64,000 nucleotides of DNA, from positions 13,551 to 77,550 of the forward strand of contig JALVDV010000006.1 in NCBI GenBank assembly GCA_027008775.1. Reading direction: 5' to 3'. Position numbers and translations under genes: made by a program. The notes beneath the pieces are model-generated. The model was not told where the DNA came from and ran no database searches. It saw nothing but the letters and a program-made list of their open reading frames with translations. This DNA comes from Candidatus Moraniibacteriota bacterium. Lineage in GTDB: Bacteria > Patescibacteriota > Minisyncoccia > Moranbacterales > DUUL01. Of this stretch, positions 28,052 to 37,529 are shown piece by piece. Positions within the stretch are counted from its first letter, which is position 1. Each line of letters opens with the position of its first letter.

Positions 28052-29264
28052 GGGCGCTCCAGAACAAAATGGCGTTAGCTTCAGTCCAAACAGGCGTATC
28101 AACCAGGCCGTGCCAGAGAAAGTAAAAAATAGTAGCTAAAGTTGACAGCCGGAAAAGGCTGTCTTTTATTTTTCGCAGGTTATTTTTTAGGGAAGTGGAT
28201 GTTTGGTAAAACAGTGTTAATAGACCTAAAAAAGAAAGTATTCCTCCGCTTAGCCAGAAATGCAGAAGCAAATTATGGGCGTGGGGAACGGCCCACTGGG
28301 GAAAAGGAGGAAAGTTTTTTTGTTGGGAAAGATAGAGATCTTGAAAGTTGGCCGGTCCGATGCCAAAAAAGGGGTGTTGAAAGATTAGTTTTGAATCCAC
28401 TCGGTAAATTACCAGGCGAGAGTCGTAAGAAGTGGGATGTTGCCAATTTACTTTGCTTAGGAATGGCAGTCGGTGGGCAAAGATTAAAAATAAAGAAAGA
28501 AGGATAATTGTTAGCAGGCTAAAACGAAAAAAAGTAAGTGTCGTTTTGGAAGAGGTCTTTTTTAGCAAGTAAAAAAATAAAAGGGTAATTAAGATTGATA
28601 GCCAGGCGCCTAGCGACTTGCTATAATAAAGGTTGACTAGCAAGATAAACCAGACAAAATAAAAGAGGCGTCCGGGGTTGTGATTGAAAAACGGTTCCCG
28701 CGGTAAATTTTTTGTTTTTGAAAAAAGGAAAAGACTGATTATCAGAAAAGCCGGGGTCAGGAAAATGGCCAATTGGTTGGGCGAGGGGAAGAAAATTTGT
28801 AAGCGGTGATCAAAGCTTGTTTGTTGAAAAATTAGAAAAACAATTCCCAATAAAGAAATAGTAACGGCGGAAATGAGATAGGCGGAGAAGAAAGAGAGCG
28901 GTTTTCGGGGTTGATTGATAGAAGTAATCGCCAGAGAAAGTCCGTAAAAGATGGGAATAACAATTAAATCCAGCAATTTTCCCAAATTATCCGACCAGGC
29001 GAAGGAGGGGTTTTTAAGAATTGAAAACAAAAAAGAAAAAAAGAAACCGAAAATTATAAGCAAGAAAGGGGTTAAGAAAAGAAAAATCTTTTGAAGGGAA
29101 AATTTTTTTAAAAGAAGCGAAGTAACATTTTTGGAGCGGTAAAAATTTAGGCAAATAGCCGGGATAATTAAGAGGTCAAGAATGTTGAGGCTAATCTGCG
29201 GAATTAATTTTATTTTGACCAAGTAGAGAGGGAGAAGAAGAAAAATCAGATAGTTAAGAATCAT
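28005..29264 (-). CDS. O-antigen ligase/polymerase (Wzy_C) family membrane protein
   Basis: About 10 TM helices and a large loop containing R..W....HPFFGIGPANF...HAHNLLLHF. Confidence 0.55.
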   Translation of the reverse strand: MILNYLIFLLLPLYLVKIKLIPQISLNILDLLIIPAICLNFYRSKNVTSLLLKKFSLQKIFLFLTPFLLIIFGFFFSFLFSILKNPSFAWSDNLGKLLDLIVIPIFYGLSLAITSINQPRKPLSFFSAYLISAVTISLLGIVFLIFQQTSFDHRLQIFFPSPNQLAIFLTPAFLIISLFLFSKTKNLPREPFFNHNPGRLFYFVWFILLVNLYYSKSLGAWLSILITLLFFYLLKKTSSKTTLTFFRFSLLTIILLSLFLIFAHRLPFLSKVNWQHPTSYDSRLVIYRVDSKLIFQHPFFGIGPANFQDLYLSQQKNFPPFPQWAVPHAHNLLLHFWLSGGILSFLGLLTLFYQTSTSLKNNLRKIKDSLFRLSTLATIFYFLWHGLVDTPVWTEANAILFWSALILFLSSTNLLADDQ

Positions 29265-29265
29265 A

Positions 29266-30567
29266 CTATTTTTTTTGTTTTTTAAGGGTTTCCAAGCTGA
29301 GTAGAATTAGAAATAGTGGAAACACTCTGACGGAATAGAAAGGAGTTTCAAAAAGAGAGTGGACAGAGAAAATCAGAAAAGAGGCGGCCAGATATTTTGC
29401 TAAATAGTAATCACTGAATCTGTGGCGAGATTGTAGTCTTCGGAATATAAAGTGGAATATTGGAGAAAAAATCAATAAGGCGACAACCAGTCCATTTATC
29501 AATCCCGTTTCGGCGCTGAAGTCCAGAAACAAGTTGTGAGCATAGGCGGGATTGCGCAGACCGAGAGAGTCGTTAATCTGACTGGCAAATCCTCCCAACC
29601 CCAGTCCCGAGTAAGGATGCTTTTTTATTTCGGTGAGGGCCTTTTGCCACATTGCCATTCTACCACTGTTGGAACCTTCTTGAAAATCAAAGGATGATTT
29701 TAGCCTGGCGGTGAGAGGATTGGGAATTAAAGTTGTTAAAAACAGTAAAATAATGATGACGAGAGAAATGGTAAAATATTTTTTAACTATTTTTAGTGGT
29801 TGAGAAAAAAGGAAAAGAAAAAACAATCCGCTGAAAAGAGCTAAGTAGGCTCCGCGGGAAAAGGAGGCTAAAATGCCTGTCATGATGATTAAATTTCCCC
29901 AAAAATAAGGCGAAGAAATTGGATTGACAAAAGAGTTTTTCTTTTGTAAATAGAGACCGAGGGGAAGAATCATAGCTAGGTATAGAGAAAAAAGATGGGG
30001 GTCGGGAAAAGTGCCAAAGGAGCGCAAAACGGTGTATCCGGAAATGTTGACCAACCAACTGGAATATTGACTGACCAGACTAGCTAACGAATGTCCAAGA
30101 AAAATGGGCGCCCATTTTTCTTGTAAAAAGATTAACAAAGAATTGAGAGGGAGAAAGAATTGGGTGATGAATATTAACAAAGCGATGATTGATTCCAGAA
30201 CAGCGCCAAAAAACAGAAAAGAGAGAAGGCGGGAAACAAACAGTTTGTTTTTTTGAGCTTGGTAGAGGGGAAAATAGAGAGGTAAAAGGGAGAGAAAAAA
30301 CAGGAGGCGACGAAGGGCAATTGTTTTTTCTTCGCTTTTTAGAAAGGCTGTAAGAATAAGGAGTAAGAAGGTGGAGAGAAAAAAGAAACGTGGTCGCTGA
30401 TCTAAGGTAATCTTTTTATTGGCCAAACACTCCAAGAGCCAAATTATAAACAACAGGGGAATTGCAATTTTTAGGATGTTTAAATCAATGGTTGGTTTGG
30501 GACTGAGAGCGAAAGAGAAAGGTGTAAAAAAAGCCAAGAAGAGGATTATTTTTTGATAAAGGCGCAT
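29266..30567 (-). CDS. O-antigen ligase/polymerase (Wzy_C) family membrane protein
   Basis: Polytopic protein whose loop carries the conserved GRMAMWQKAL...HPYSGLGLGGF...AHNLFLDF motif. Confidence 0.6.
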   Translation of the reverse strand: MRLYQKIILFLAFFTPFSFALSPKPTIDLNILKIAIPLLFIIWLLECLANKKITLDQRPRFFFLSTFLLLILTAFLKSEEKTIALRRLLFFLSLLPLYFPLYQAQKNKLFVSRLLSFLFFGAVLESIIALLIFITQFFLPLNSLLIFLQEKWAPIFLGHSLASLVSQYSSWLVNISGYTVLRSFGTFPDPHLFSLYLAMILPLGLYLQKKNSFVNPISSPYFWGNLIIMTGILASFSRGAYLALFSGLFFLFLFSQPLKIVKKYFTISLVIIILLFLTTLIPNPLTARLKSSFDFQEGSNSGRMAMWQKALTEIKKHPYSGLGLGGFASQINDSLGLRNPAYAHNLFLDFSAETGLINGLVVALLIFSPIFHFIFRRLQSRHRFSDYYLAKYLAASFLIFSVHSLFETPFYSVRVFPLFLILLSLETLKKQKK

Positions 30568-30568
30568 T

Positions 30569-31378
30569 CTATTTTCTGTTTTTATTTAAGAAAGACAAAA
30601 GGAAGTAAATTGATTTTAAAAGAAGGTGGCCGAGACGCGAGTTGTGTTTTTTGAAAAAATAGATTTGAGATTCTCTGTAAGCCCGTTTTTGTTTCTCTTT
30701 TTGGTTGCGCCAACTGCGTCCGTTAAAATGAATGATTTGGCTATAGGGAAAGAAAACAATTTTGTAGCCTTTTTGTCGGACGCGCAGGCAGAGGTCCTGG
30801 TCCTCAAAGTACATAAAAAAGTTTTTATCAAAACGACCGATTTGATTGAATATTTTTCGCCTAATTAAGAGAGCGGTGCCGGAAACCCACTGAACCGTTT
30901 GTGGGCTTTTTTTATTCCAAGGCTTATTAATGGTGTTGCGAAAAAGGATAGTGCCCCAAGTTGTTTTGTGTCCGCAGGTCCAATTTTGGGGAGTTTTTCT
31001 GTGGTGGTCAATGATTTTTAAGCCCAGGATGCCCACCTCTTTATTTTTATCCAGATAATCCAAGGCCTTCTTCAGGGAGTTGTCAGTGAAGACGGTGTCG
31101 GGGTTGAGAAAGAGGAGATAGTCGCCTTTAGCCATAATGCTACCAAGGTTATTGGCCAATCCGAAGCCGATATTTTGTTTGGTGTTTATAATTTTTTGGC
31201 TGACAAAAGGGTATTGGGAGAAGGGAACAGTGATTTCTTTTTTGTCATTGTTAACAATGATGACTTCAAAATTGTTTTTTAGAGATTTGTCAGAATACAA
31301 AAATCGTTTGATGCTGGTCAGGCAGATCAAGAGATGCTGATAGCTTTGATAGTTAGTAATGATTATGGACAGTTTCAT
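30569..31378 (-). CDS. glycosyltransferase family 2
   Basis: LSIIITNYQ... NNDKK ... GLANNLG ... LFLNPDTV ... FFMYFEDQDL: GT2 DxD/ED motifs. Confidence 0.75.
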   Translation of the reverse strand: MKLSIIITNYQSYQHLLICLTSIKRFLYSDKSLKNNFEVIIVNNDKKEITVPFSQYPFVSQKIINTKQNIGFGLANNLGSIMAKGDYLLFLNPDTVFTDNSLKKALDYLDKNKEVGILGLKIIDHHRKTPQNWTCGHKTTWGTILFRNTINKPWNKKSPQTVQWVSGTALLIRRKIFNQIGRFDKNFFMYFEDQDLCLRVRQKGYKIVFFPYSQIIHFNGRSWRNQKEKQKRAYRESQIYFFKKHNSRLGHLLLKSIYFLLSFLNKNRK

Positions 31379-31535
31379 TTAGTCTGTTGTTTTTGGATTG
31401 GTAGTTTATTATATATTAGTTTAATATTTAGTAAAGTGCGCTTGTATCTCAAGGGGTAATAGTGGGGATGGATAATAGATAAAGAGCGGGGAATTAAGAG
31501 TTAAGTTTAAAGAGTAAAAAGATGGTTGGGAGAGA

Positions 31536-32348
31536 TTGGATTTATCAGGAAAAAATGTTATTATGGGAGAAAAGATTAAAGAACCGACTTATCTTATGTC
31601 AAAAAGAAAAAGAAAAAACATTTTGCAGGGAAGAGTGCAAAAGGGGTTTAAAGATCACTTGTTTAGTGATATTTCCAATGAGGACAGGAAGAGAGCGGTG
31701 GAGGAAATAATAGAGTCCTCCAGTCCGCGAAAAAGTTTTTTTGTGATGATTGCGGTGGCGGCGGCTTTGTCAACGATGGGTATTATTGATGATAATGCAG
31801 CGGTTATAATCGGCGGAATGTTGGTGGCGCCGATGCTTTCTCCGATTTTGGCTATCGCTCTGGGGTTGGAAATGGCCGATTTTCGTCTGTTGAAAAGATC
31901 ATTTATAGTGGTGGTTTGGGCGACGATTTACGCTCTGGGGTCGTCTTTGATTTTTGCCTTGTTATTGGACAGTAGTCGTTTGGATTGGGAGCATTTAAAC
32001 CATGAGATGTCTCTGCGGGTACAGACTGACTTGTCTACGATTTTAATTGCTTTGGTGGCCGGTTTTGGCGGTTCGTTGGCTTTGGTAAGAAGAGAATTGG
32101 CCAAGTTTATGTCGGGGGTGGCGATAGCGGTAGCTTTAATTCCACCTCTTTCTATGAGCGCTATTGGAATTTCCATGTTGAGTTTCAATATTTTTTATCA
32201 CGCTTTTTCTTTGTTTGTTATCAACTTGGTTGGAATAATTTTATCTTCTTTGGTGGTCTTTTCTTTAATGAAATTGACGACGGCTAAGAGGCAATTGGAT
32301 GAGGAGCTAAAGGAAGAAGAAGAGCTGTTGGGGAAAAAGTATGAGTAA
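31536..32348 (+). CDS. DUF389 family membrane protein
   Basis: AAVIIGGMLVAPMLSPILAIALG motif and repeated TM pairs are typical of DUF389/TIGR00341 proteins. Confidence 0.55.
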   Translation: MDLSGKNVIMGEKIKEPTYLMSKRKRKNILQGRVQKGFKDHLFSDISNEDRKRAVEEIIESSSPRKSFFVMIAVAAALSTMGIIDDNAAVIIGGMLVAPMLSPILAIALGLEMADFRLLKRSFIVVVWATIYALGSSLIFALLLDSSRLDWEHLNHEMSLRVQTDLSTILIALVAGFGGSLALVRRELAKFMSGVAIAVALIPPLSMSAIGISMLSFNIFYHAFSLFVINLVGIILSSLVVFSLMKLTTAKRQLDEELKEEEELLGKKYE

Positions 32349-32516
32349 GCGGAAGCTTCTGCAGGTGTCTGTTTTAGAATTTGCCTGGTTGTTTTCGGTT
32401 GAAAAAATGCTTTTAAAAAGTTGACTAACAGGCAACTGAATTTTCACTTGTGGTTGTCAAACCAATTGATTTGGGTTAGGATGGAGAACTCTTAATTTTT
32501 CATAAAAAGATAATAG

Positions 32517-33962
32517 ATGAAAAGTCAAAAAGTTTTTTCTTTAACTACCCCGATTTATTATGCCAACGCAAAACCGCATATCGGACATGCTTACACTACA
32601 GTGGTGGCTGACGTGATGGCGCGCTGGCAAAAACAAAAGGGACGGGAAACTTTTTTGTTGACGGGAACTGATGAACATGGCGCTAAAATCGCCCAAAAGG
32701 CTGAAGAACTGGGGAAGACGCCACAGGAATTGGTGAATGAAATTTCGGGACAGTTTAAACAGTTGTGGAATGAATTGGATATTGATTACCAGTCTTTTAT
32801 TAGGACAACGGACAAAAAGCATATTGTTGTGGTGCAAAAAGTTTTGGAAAAGCTGTATGAACAAGGCTTGATTTATAAGGGAGAATATAAGGGTCTTTAT
32901 TGTTTTGGCTGTGAGCAGTTTAAAAAAGAAACGGAATTGGTAGATGGAAAATGTCCCGATCACGGGGTGGCGCCGGAGTTTGTAAGAGAGGAAAGTTATA
33001 TGCTCAGATTGTCTGACAAGCAAGATGAATTGTTGCAAAAAATTGAGAGCGATGAATTAAGAATTAGGCCGAAGCGTTTTCGCAGGGAGATATTATCTTT
33101 TTTAGAGAAGGAGAAACTGGAGGATTTGTCAATTTCCAGGAAAAATGTTGAGTGGGGGATTCCTTTACCTTTTGATAAGAGCCAAACGGTTTATGTTTGG
33201 TTTGACGCTTTTTTAAGTTATCTGACCGGCTTAGGTTGGCAGGGGGGAAATCTGGAGGGAGAGGTTAGCAATCTTTGGCCGTTGGATCTGAATTTAATTG
33301 GCAAAGATATTTTGCGAGTGCATGCCACCATTTGGCCGATAATGTTGATGCATTTGGGCTTGGAATTACCTAAACAAATTTTTGTGCATGGCCATATTTT
33401 GTCCGAAGGAAAAAAGATGAGTAAAAGTGTGGGCAATGTGATTGCCATTGATGAAATGTTGAAAGAATTTGGCGCAGAAGGGACATGTTATCTTTTGCTT
33501 TCCGCTGGAACCATCGGCGAGGATATTGATTTAACGATGGAAAGAATGATGGAAAAATATAATGCCGACTTGGCTAATGGTTTGGGAAATTTATTGTCTC
33601 GGGTGGTAACTTTGGCGAGAAATTTTCAATTTCCGATTTCTGAAGTTGAATTGGAAAAAGGGGAGATAATTTTTACGGAAGATTTTGAGGGTTTAATGGA
33701 TAGTTTGCAATTTGATCGGGCTTTGAAAAAAATTTGGCGGATTGTGCAAGACAGTAATAAATTGATAGAAGAAACTAAGCCGTGGGAACTGGCTAAAAAT
33801 GACAGAGGCAAGTTTGAAAAAGTGATGCGGGAGTTGGCTTTACACCTTCACAAAACAGCCGAACTCTTAAAAACCTTTTTACCAGAAACGGCAAGAAGAA
33901 TCAAAAAACAGTTAAAAACAGGCGAAAGGGGAATTTTGTTTGAGAAAATAAAAACAAACTAA
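32517..33962 (+). CDS. metG: methionyl-tRNA synthetase (short form)
   Basis: HIGH motif PHIGHAYT and KMSKS motif KMSKSVGNV are present. The Zn knuckle reads CFGCEQF...CPDHG. Confidence 0.9.
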   Translation: MKSQKVFSLTTPIYYANAKPHIGHAYTTVVADVMARWQKQKGRETFLLTGTDEHGAKIAQKAEELGKTPQELVNEISGQFKQLWNELDIDYQSFIRTTDKKHIVVVQKVLEKLYEQGLIYKGEYKGLYCFGCEQFKKETELVDGKCPDHGVAPEFVREESYMLRLSDKQDELLQKIESDELRIRPKRFRREILSFLEKEKLEDLSISRKNVEWGIPLPFDKSQTVYVWFDAFLSYLTGLGWQGGNLEGEVSNLWPLDLNLIGKDILRVHATIWPIMLMHLGLELPKQIFVHGHILSEGKKMSKSVGNVIAIDEMLKEFGAEGTCYLLLSAGTIGEDIDLTMERMMEKYNADLANGLGNLLSRVVTLARNFQFPISEVELEKGEIIFTEDFEGLMDSLQFDRALKKIWRIVQDSNKLIEETKPWELAKNDRGKFEKVMRELALHLHKTAELLKTFLPETARRIKKQLKTGERGILFEKIKTN

Positions 33963-34000
33963 GTCGTTTTTAAGGAAGTTTTTAGGTTTTGTTAGAAATA

Positions 34001-34037
34001 AAAATCTCGACGTTTGGTGTGCCGAGATTTTTATTAT
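34001..34037. terminator. bidirectional terminator between the convergent metG and the TehA-like gene
   Basis: aaatctcg...cgagattt hairpin flanked by T/A runs. Confidence 0.45.
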
Positions 34038-35004
34038 TTATTTGTTTTCTTCAATGCAAATTTCTCGGTGAAAAATTGCTTTGATGGTTCGGAGAAATAA
34101 TAAGAAGATTATAATGTTAAGTATGATGAAAGCGAATTTTACAAAGGAATACATAAATGACCAATGAGTTTTGTGTAAGAGTAAAAATGAGGCAATAACG
34201 AAAGCGTCCAGAGGGAAAGAGTAAGCCCAGGATGATAAATAAAATTTAATTTTACGGAAATATTTAAATTGAAATAGAAAAAGAAAAAAGATAAACATTG
34301 AGAAATAATAAAGAATACGTGCGCCGATATCAATGTTGTTTGTCAGTTTGACATAAGCAATGAAGCCGACGGCTGAGGGGGCCATTAGGATAAAGAAGGT
34401 GGGAATGAGTTTTTCTTTTAAGGGATGATGAAAAATGATGCGATTTAAGACAATGGCCATTAAAACTATCCAAAAGATTATACCGACGCTAAAAAAGAAC
34501 CAAGAAACTTCCGGAGAAGCGTGTTTTACTCCCGCAATTGGAATAAGAACATTACCAACCACCGGCATAAAAATTGCCGGGCTGATATGTTTTAGCTCAA
34601 AATGATCTTTGTGCATCCAAAAGGTTAAAATAATCATACCAAATCCCAATTGAGCAATAACCCCCAGAATCCAAAAAATTTTGGAGTATTGCATAAGATG
34701 AATATTCATAAAAAGAATACTGAGCAGAAGTAATATTTTAGCGATAATGGGAAAGAAATTAATTTTAACAGGATCGCTGAATTCTTTTTTGACTTCTTGG
34801 GGAAACACAACCCACTTGCTGAGATAAATTAAAGCAGTGATGGCAAATAAGAGTATAACAATAGCAAAGATGACTGGGCTTAAACCAAAGTTCCAGCCCA
34901 AAAGGTGTTCGGCTTTTTGCCAGGCAACTGTGAAGCCGGCTAAACCGAGAGTGATAGAAAAGAAAGATATGGGGAAATTTTTTTAATCTTGATTTTATAG
35001 GCAT
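34038..35004 (-). CDS. TehA/TDT-family (tellurite-resistance/dicarboxylate transporter, SLAC1-like) membrane protein; frameshifted in a homopolymer
   Basis: After the shift the N-terminus reads MPIKSRLK(N)FPISFFSITLGLAGFTVAWQKAEHLLGWNFGLS... The reading frame changes at the A7 run on the minus strand (T7 at 34978-34984 on the plus strand). The track splits the gene into 34765..35004 and 34038..34901. Confidence 0.6.
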
Positions 35005-35024
35005 TTTTTTAATTTAGTTATTAA

Positions 35025-35390
35025 TTATTCTTTTTCGCTAATTTTTAATGCATAATTTTTACTGAGGGCCAGAGCAATTTTTTTGTTTGCTTCTTGGAGG
35101 ATGCGCGCCAAGGTGCTTTGGGAAACCGACATTTTTTGGGCAATTTCCGTTTGTTGAAGATTTTCCAAATTTTTAAGACGTATGGCCTCCAGTTCGGAAG
35201 GGGTGAGGGTAATAATTTTATTGTTTTTAAGGGGAATTCCCTGGGGTTTAAATATGCTGGCGTGAAACTTGTTTTCTCGTTGCAGGTGACGTCTCTTTTT
35301 TCTTCGTCCCCGGTGACATTGGTGTTGATTGGCGGAGATTGTTGCTTTATCTAAAATCCTGTAACAGGAGGGGCATTGTGTGTAATCCAT
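35025..35390 (-). CDS. DUF134/UPF0251 family DNA-binding protein (Zn-ribbon plus HTH)
   Basis: N-terminal CPSC...C..H. The core FKPQGIPLKNNKIITLTPSELEAIRLKNLENLQQTEIAQKMSVSQSTLARILQEANKKIA matches the UPF0251 pattern. Confidence 0.6.
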   Translation of the reverse strand: MDYTQCPSCYRILDKATISANQHQCHRGRRKKRRHLQRENKFHASIFKPQGIPLKNNKIITLTPSELEAIRLKNLENLQQTEIAQKMSVSQSTLARILQEANKKIALALSKNYALKISEKE

Positions 35391-35609
35391 AAAATCTTTT
35401 CCAGTTTTATCTTATTATGAATATATATTCATAATAACAAATAACTGAAAAAAGTCAAGAAAAAACACCTTGGGATTGCTGAATGACTGTTAGTCAAACA
35501 ACAATTCCAAGGTGGTGTGGGCGTCTGTTTTTTGTTAGTCAGGAATTTTTCTGGTAACACACATTTTTTTGTGAATCGCCAGAAAGAAATCCCAAATAGA
35601 TTTTATGGC

Positions 35610-36209
35610 TCAAAGTTCCACCAGGAGCCAAATGAATCCGGCAATGGTGCCAATGACAGACAAAACTGCCAAGACACTATAAAAAAATACCATGTTGGCT
35701 GACAACCATCTTGCCAATAATATGAGGCCATAAATGATTGCCGTATTGAGCATTATCACCCAGGGTTTAATTTGTTTACCCCTGAATGATAATTTGTTTA
35801 TTAGCGGGAGTTCTTCTTCTTGTAGGCGGAAGTTGAGATACTTTCCGCTGATAATTGGTAGGGAAACATTTCCTGCCAGGAAGAAAATGAACCAGACGAT
35901 TCCTAGGAATACACTGGTTATTATCATTCCCGGGATTTCGCAGAGATTGATTTCTCTGCGATACCTCACTTGGAAATCATACCAGGTCAGGATTTTCCAA
36001 AGAATAGATCTCCGACTAATCCATCCTCTCTCAATGGGGATGAAAAATATGAGAAAAATGATTACCAGTCCCAGTTCAACTAACGCAAATCCGGTTAAGA
36101 AATTTTTTAAACCGGAATGTCCAAATCTGAAGGGAATTACTCCTCCAATAAAACCGATAATGAGCGCTATTACATAGGCCACAATGCTATCTCTTGCTCC
36201 TTTTTTCAT
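35610..36209 (-). CDS. hypothetical membrane protein (4-5 TM)
   Basis: 199-aa ORF with hydrophobic helices. No motif was recognised. Confidence 0.4.
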   Translation of the reverse strand: MKKGARDSIVAYVIALIIGFIGGVIPFRFGHSGLKNFLTGFALVELGLVIIFLIFFIPIERGWISRRSILWKILTWYDFQVRYRREINLCEIPGMIITSVFLGIVWFIFFLAGNVSLPIISGKYLNFRLQEEELPLINKLSFRGKQIKPWVIMLNTAIIYGLILLARWLSANMVFFYSVLAVLSVIGTIAGFIWLLVEL

Positions 36210-36364
36210 TTTTTATTCCTCCTTTAATTTGTTTGTAGTTTTTTACAGAACTCTGATTTAGATATCAGGTGTCTTGTTATAACAGAATAAGAATTGGGAG
36301 TCAACATTTATTGGCAAGGGTGGTTGTTTGAATTATAATGAGTCTGACTTTAATGGTTTAACAA

Positions 36365-37384
36365 ATGGTGGATATGAAATTGGTTGATACTCATTGTCAC
36401 TTGAATTTTGAAGATTTTAAAAATGACCTTGAAGAAGTGGTGGAGCGAGCACGCGCGGAGGCGGTGAAAATGGTGGTAGTGAGTTCCGATTATGAAAATA
36501 GCCGGCGGGCGATAGAATTGGCTGGGAAATATGATAATGATATTTGGGCGGCGGTTGGTTTGCACCCGATACATTTGGGCAGTGAACAGAAAGCAGAGAA
36601 CAGTGAACAGCATGGGGAAGAGTTTGATTACGGGAAATATTTGGCGTTGGCGAAAAATAAGAAGGTAGTGGCGATCGGGGAGGTTGGCTTGGATTATCAC
36701 CATTTTGACACTACAAATCTACGAATAAACTACGAATCTACAAATGGTGTTGGTGGAGAAATTAATGAAAATAGTGAGGATAGCATTGGACGGGGGGCAA
36801 GTGATTTTGAAGTGGCTAAAAAGGAGGTGGCGAGAATTATTGAATTGCAAAAAAGTGTTTTCAGGGAATTTGTGAGAATGGCTGATGAAGTTGCCAAGCC
36901 ATTGATAATACATTGTTGGAATGCGGATAAAAGTGACAGGGAATTGGTCGGGGACGCGGTGGCTTATGAGGATGTTTTAGAGATAGTTCACGGTTCACAG
37001 TTCACGGTTTCCCACTTCGCTGAAGCTACGAGGGACAAGCACGGTTTGCGGAATAATAAGAGGGGGGTGGTGCATAGTTTTGTTGGAAACTACAAAACAG
37101 CTTTTAAATTTATTGAAGAAGGATTTTTGATCGGTTTGAACGGGATTATCACTTATTCGGAAAGTTATGACCGCTTGATCAGAGAAATTGGTTTGGAAAA
37201 TATTGTTTTGGAAACGGACGCGCCTTATTTAACGCCGGCGCCGTTGGAAAGGTACAGTCGCAATGAACCGGTTAATGTGAAGCTGGTGGCGCAAAAAGTG
37301 GCCAGTGTTTTAGAAGTGGATGTACAAGTGGTGGCGGATGTTACCAGTCGGAACGCGCGGGAATTGTTTGGAATTTCTTTTTAG
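36365..37384 (+). CDS. tatD: TatD-family metal-dependent hydrolase (with an approximately 50-aa internal insertion)
   Basis: LVDTHCHLNF ... IGEVGLDYHH ... KPLIIHC ... LETDAPYLTP: the TatD His/Asp metal ligands are all present. Confidence 0.8.
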   Translation: MVDMKLVDTHCHLNFEDFKNDLEEVVERARAEAVKMVVVSSDYENSRRAIELAGKYDNDIWAAVGLHPIHLGSEQKAENSEQHGEEFDYGKYLALAKNKKVVAIGEVGLDYHHFDTTNLRINYESTNGVGGEINENSEDSIGRGASDFEVAKKEVARIIELQKSVFREFVRMADEVAKPLIIHCWNADKSDRELVGDAVAYEDVLEIVHGSQFTVSHFAEATRDKHGLRNNKRGVVHSFVGNYKTAFKFIEEGFLIGLNGIITYSESYDRLIREIGLENIVLETDAPYLTPAPLERYSRNEPVNVKLVAQKVASVLEVDVQVVADVTSRNARELFGISF

Positions 37385-37529
37385 AGTATTTTTGTTTTTT
37401 GTGATATTTTTTAGCTAGGTTTTTCACTTGGTTGAAGGAAGGGGAGCGGTGGTGATTTTTAATTGGATGGGAGTGTGTTATAATGCAAGTGTTGAAATAG
37501 ATTTTTTATAATCTTTTAATCACGGGGAG

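Noticed and set aside
28144-28173. Hairpin gacagcc-ggaaaa-ggctgtc plus T-run as the terminator of gene 26873..28051
   Set aside because: It lies inside the predicted C-terminal coding region of the convergent Wzy_C gene (28005..29264), so it is ambiguous. It is mentioned in a finding rather than annotated as a feature.
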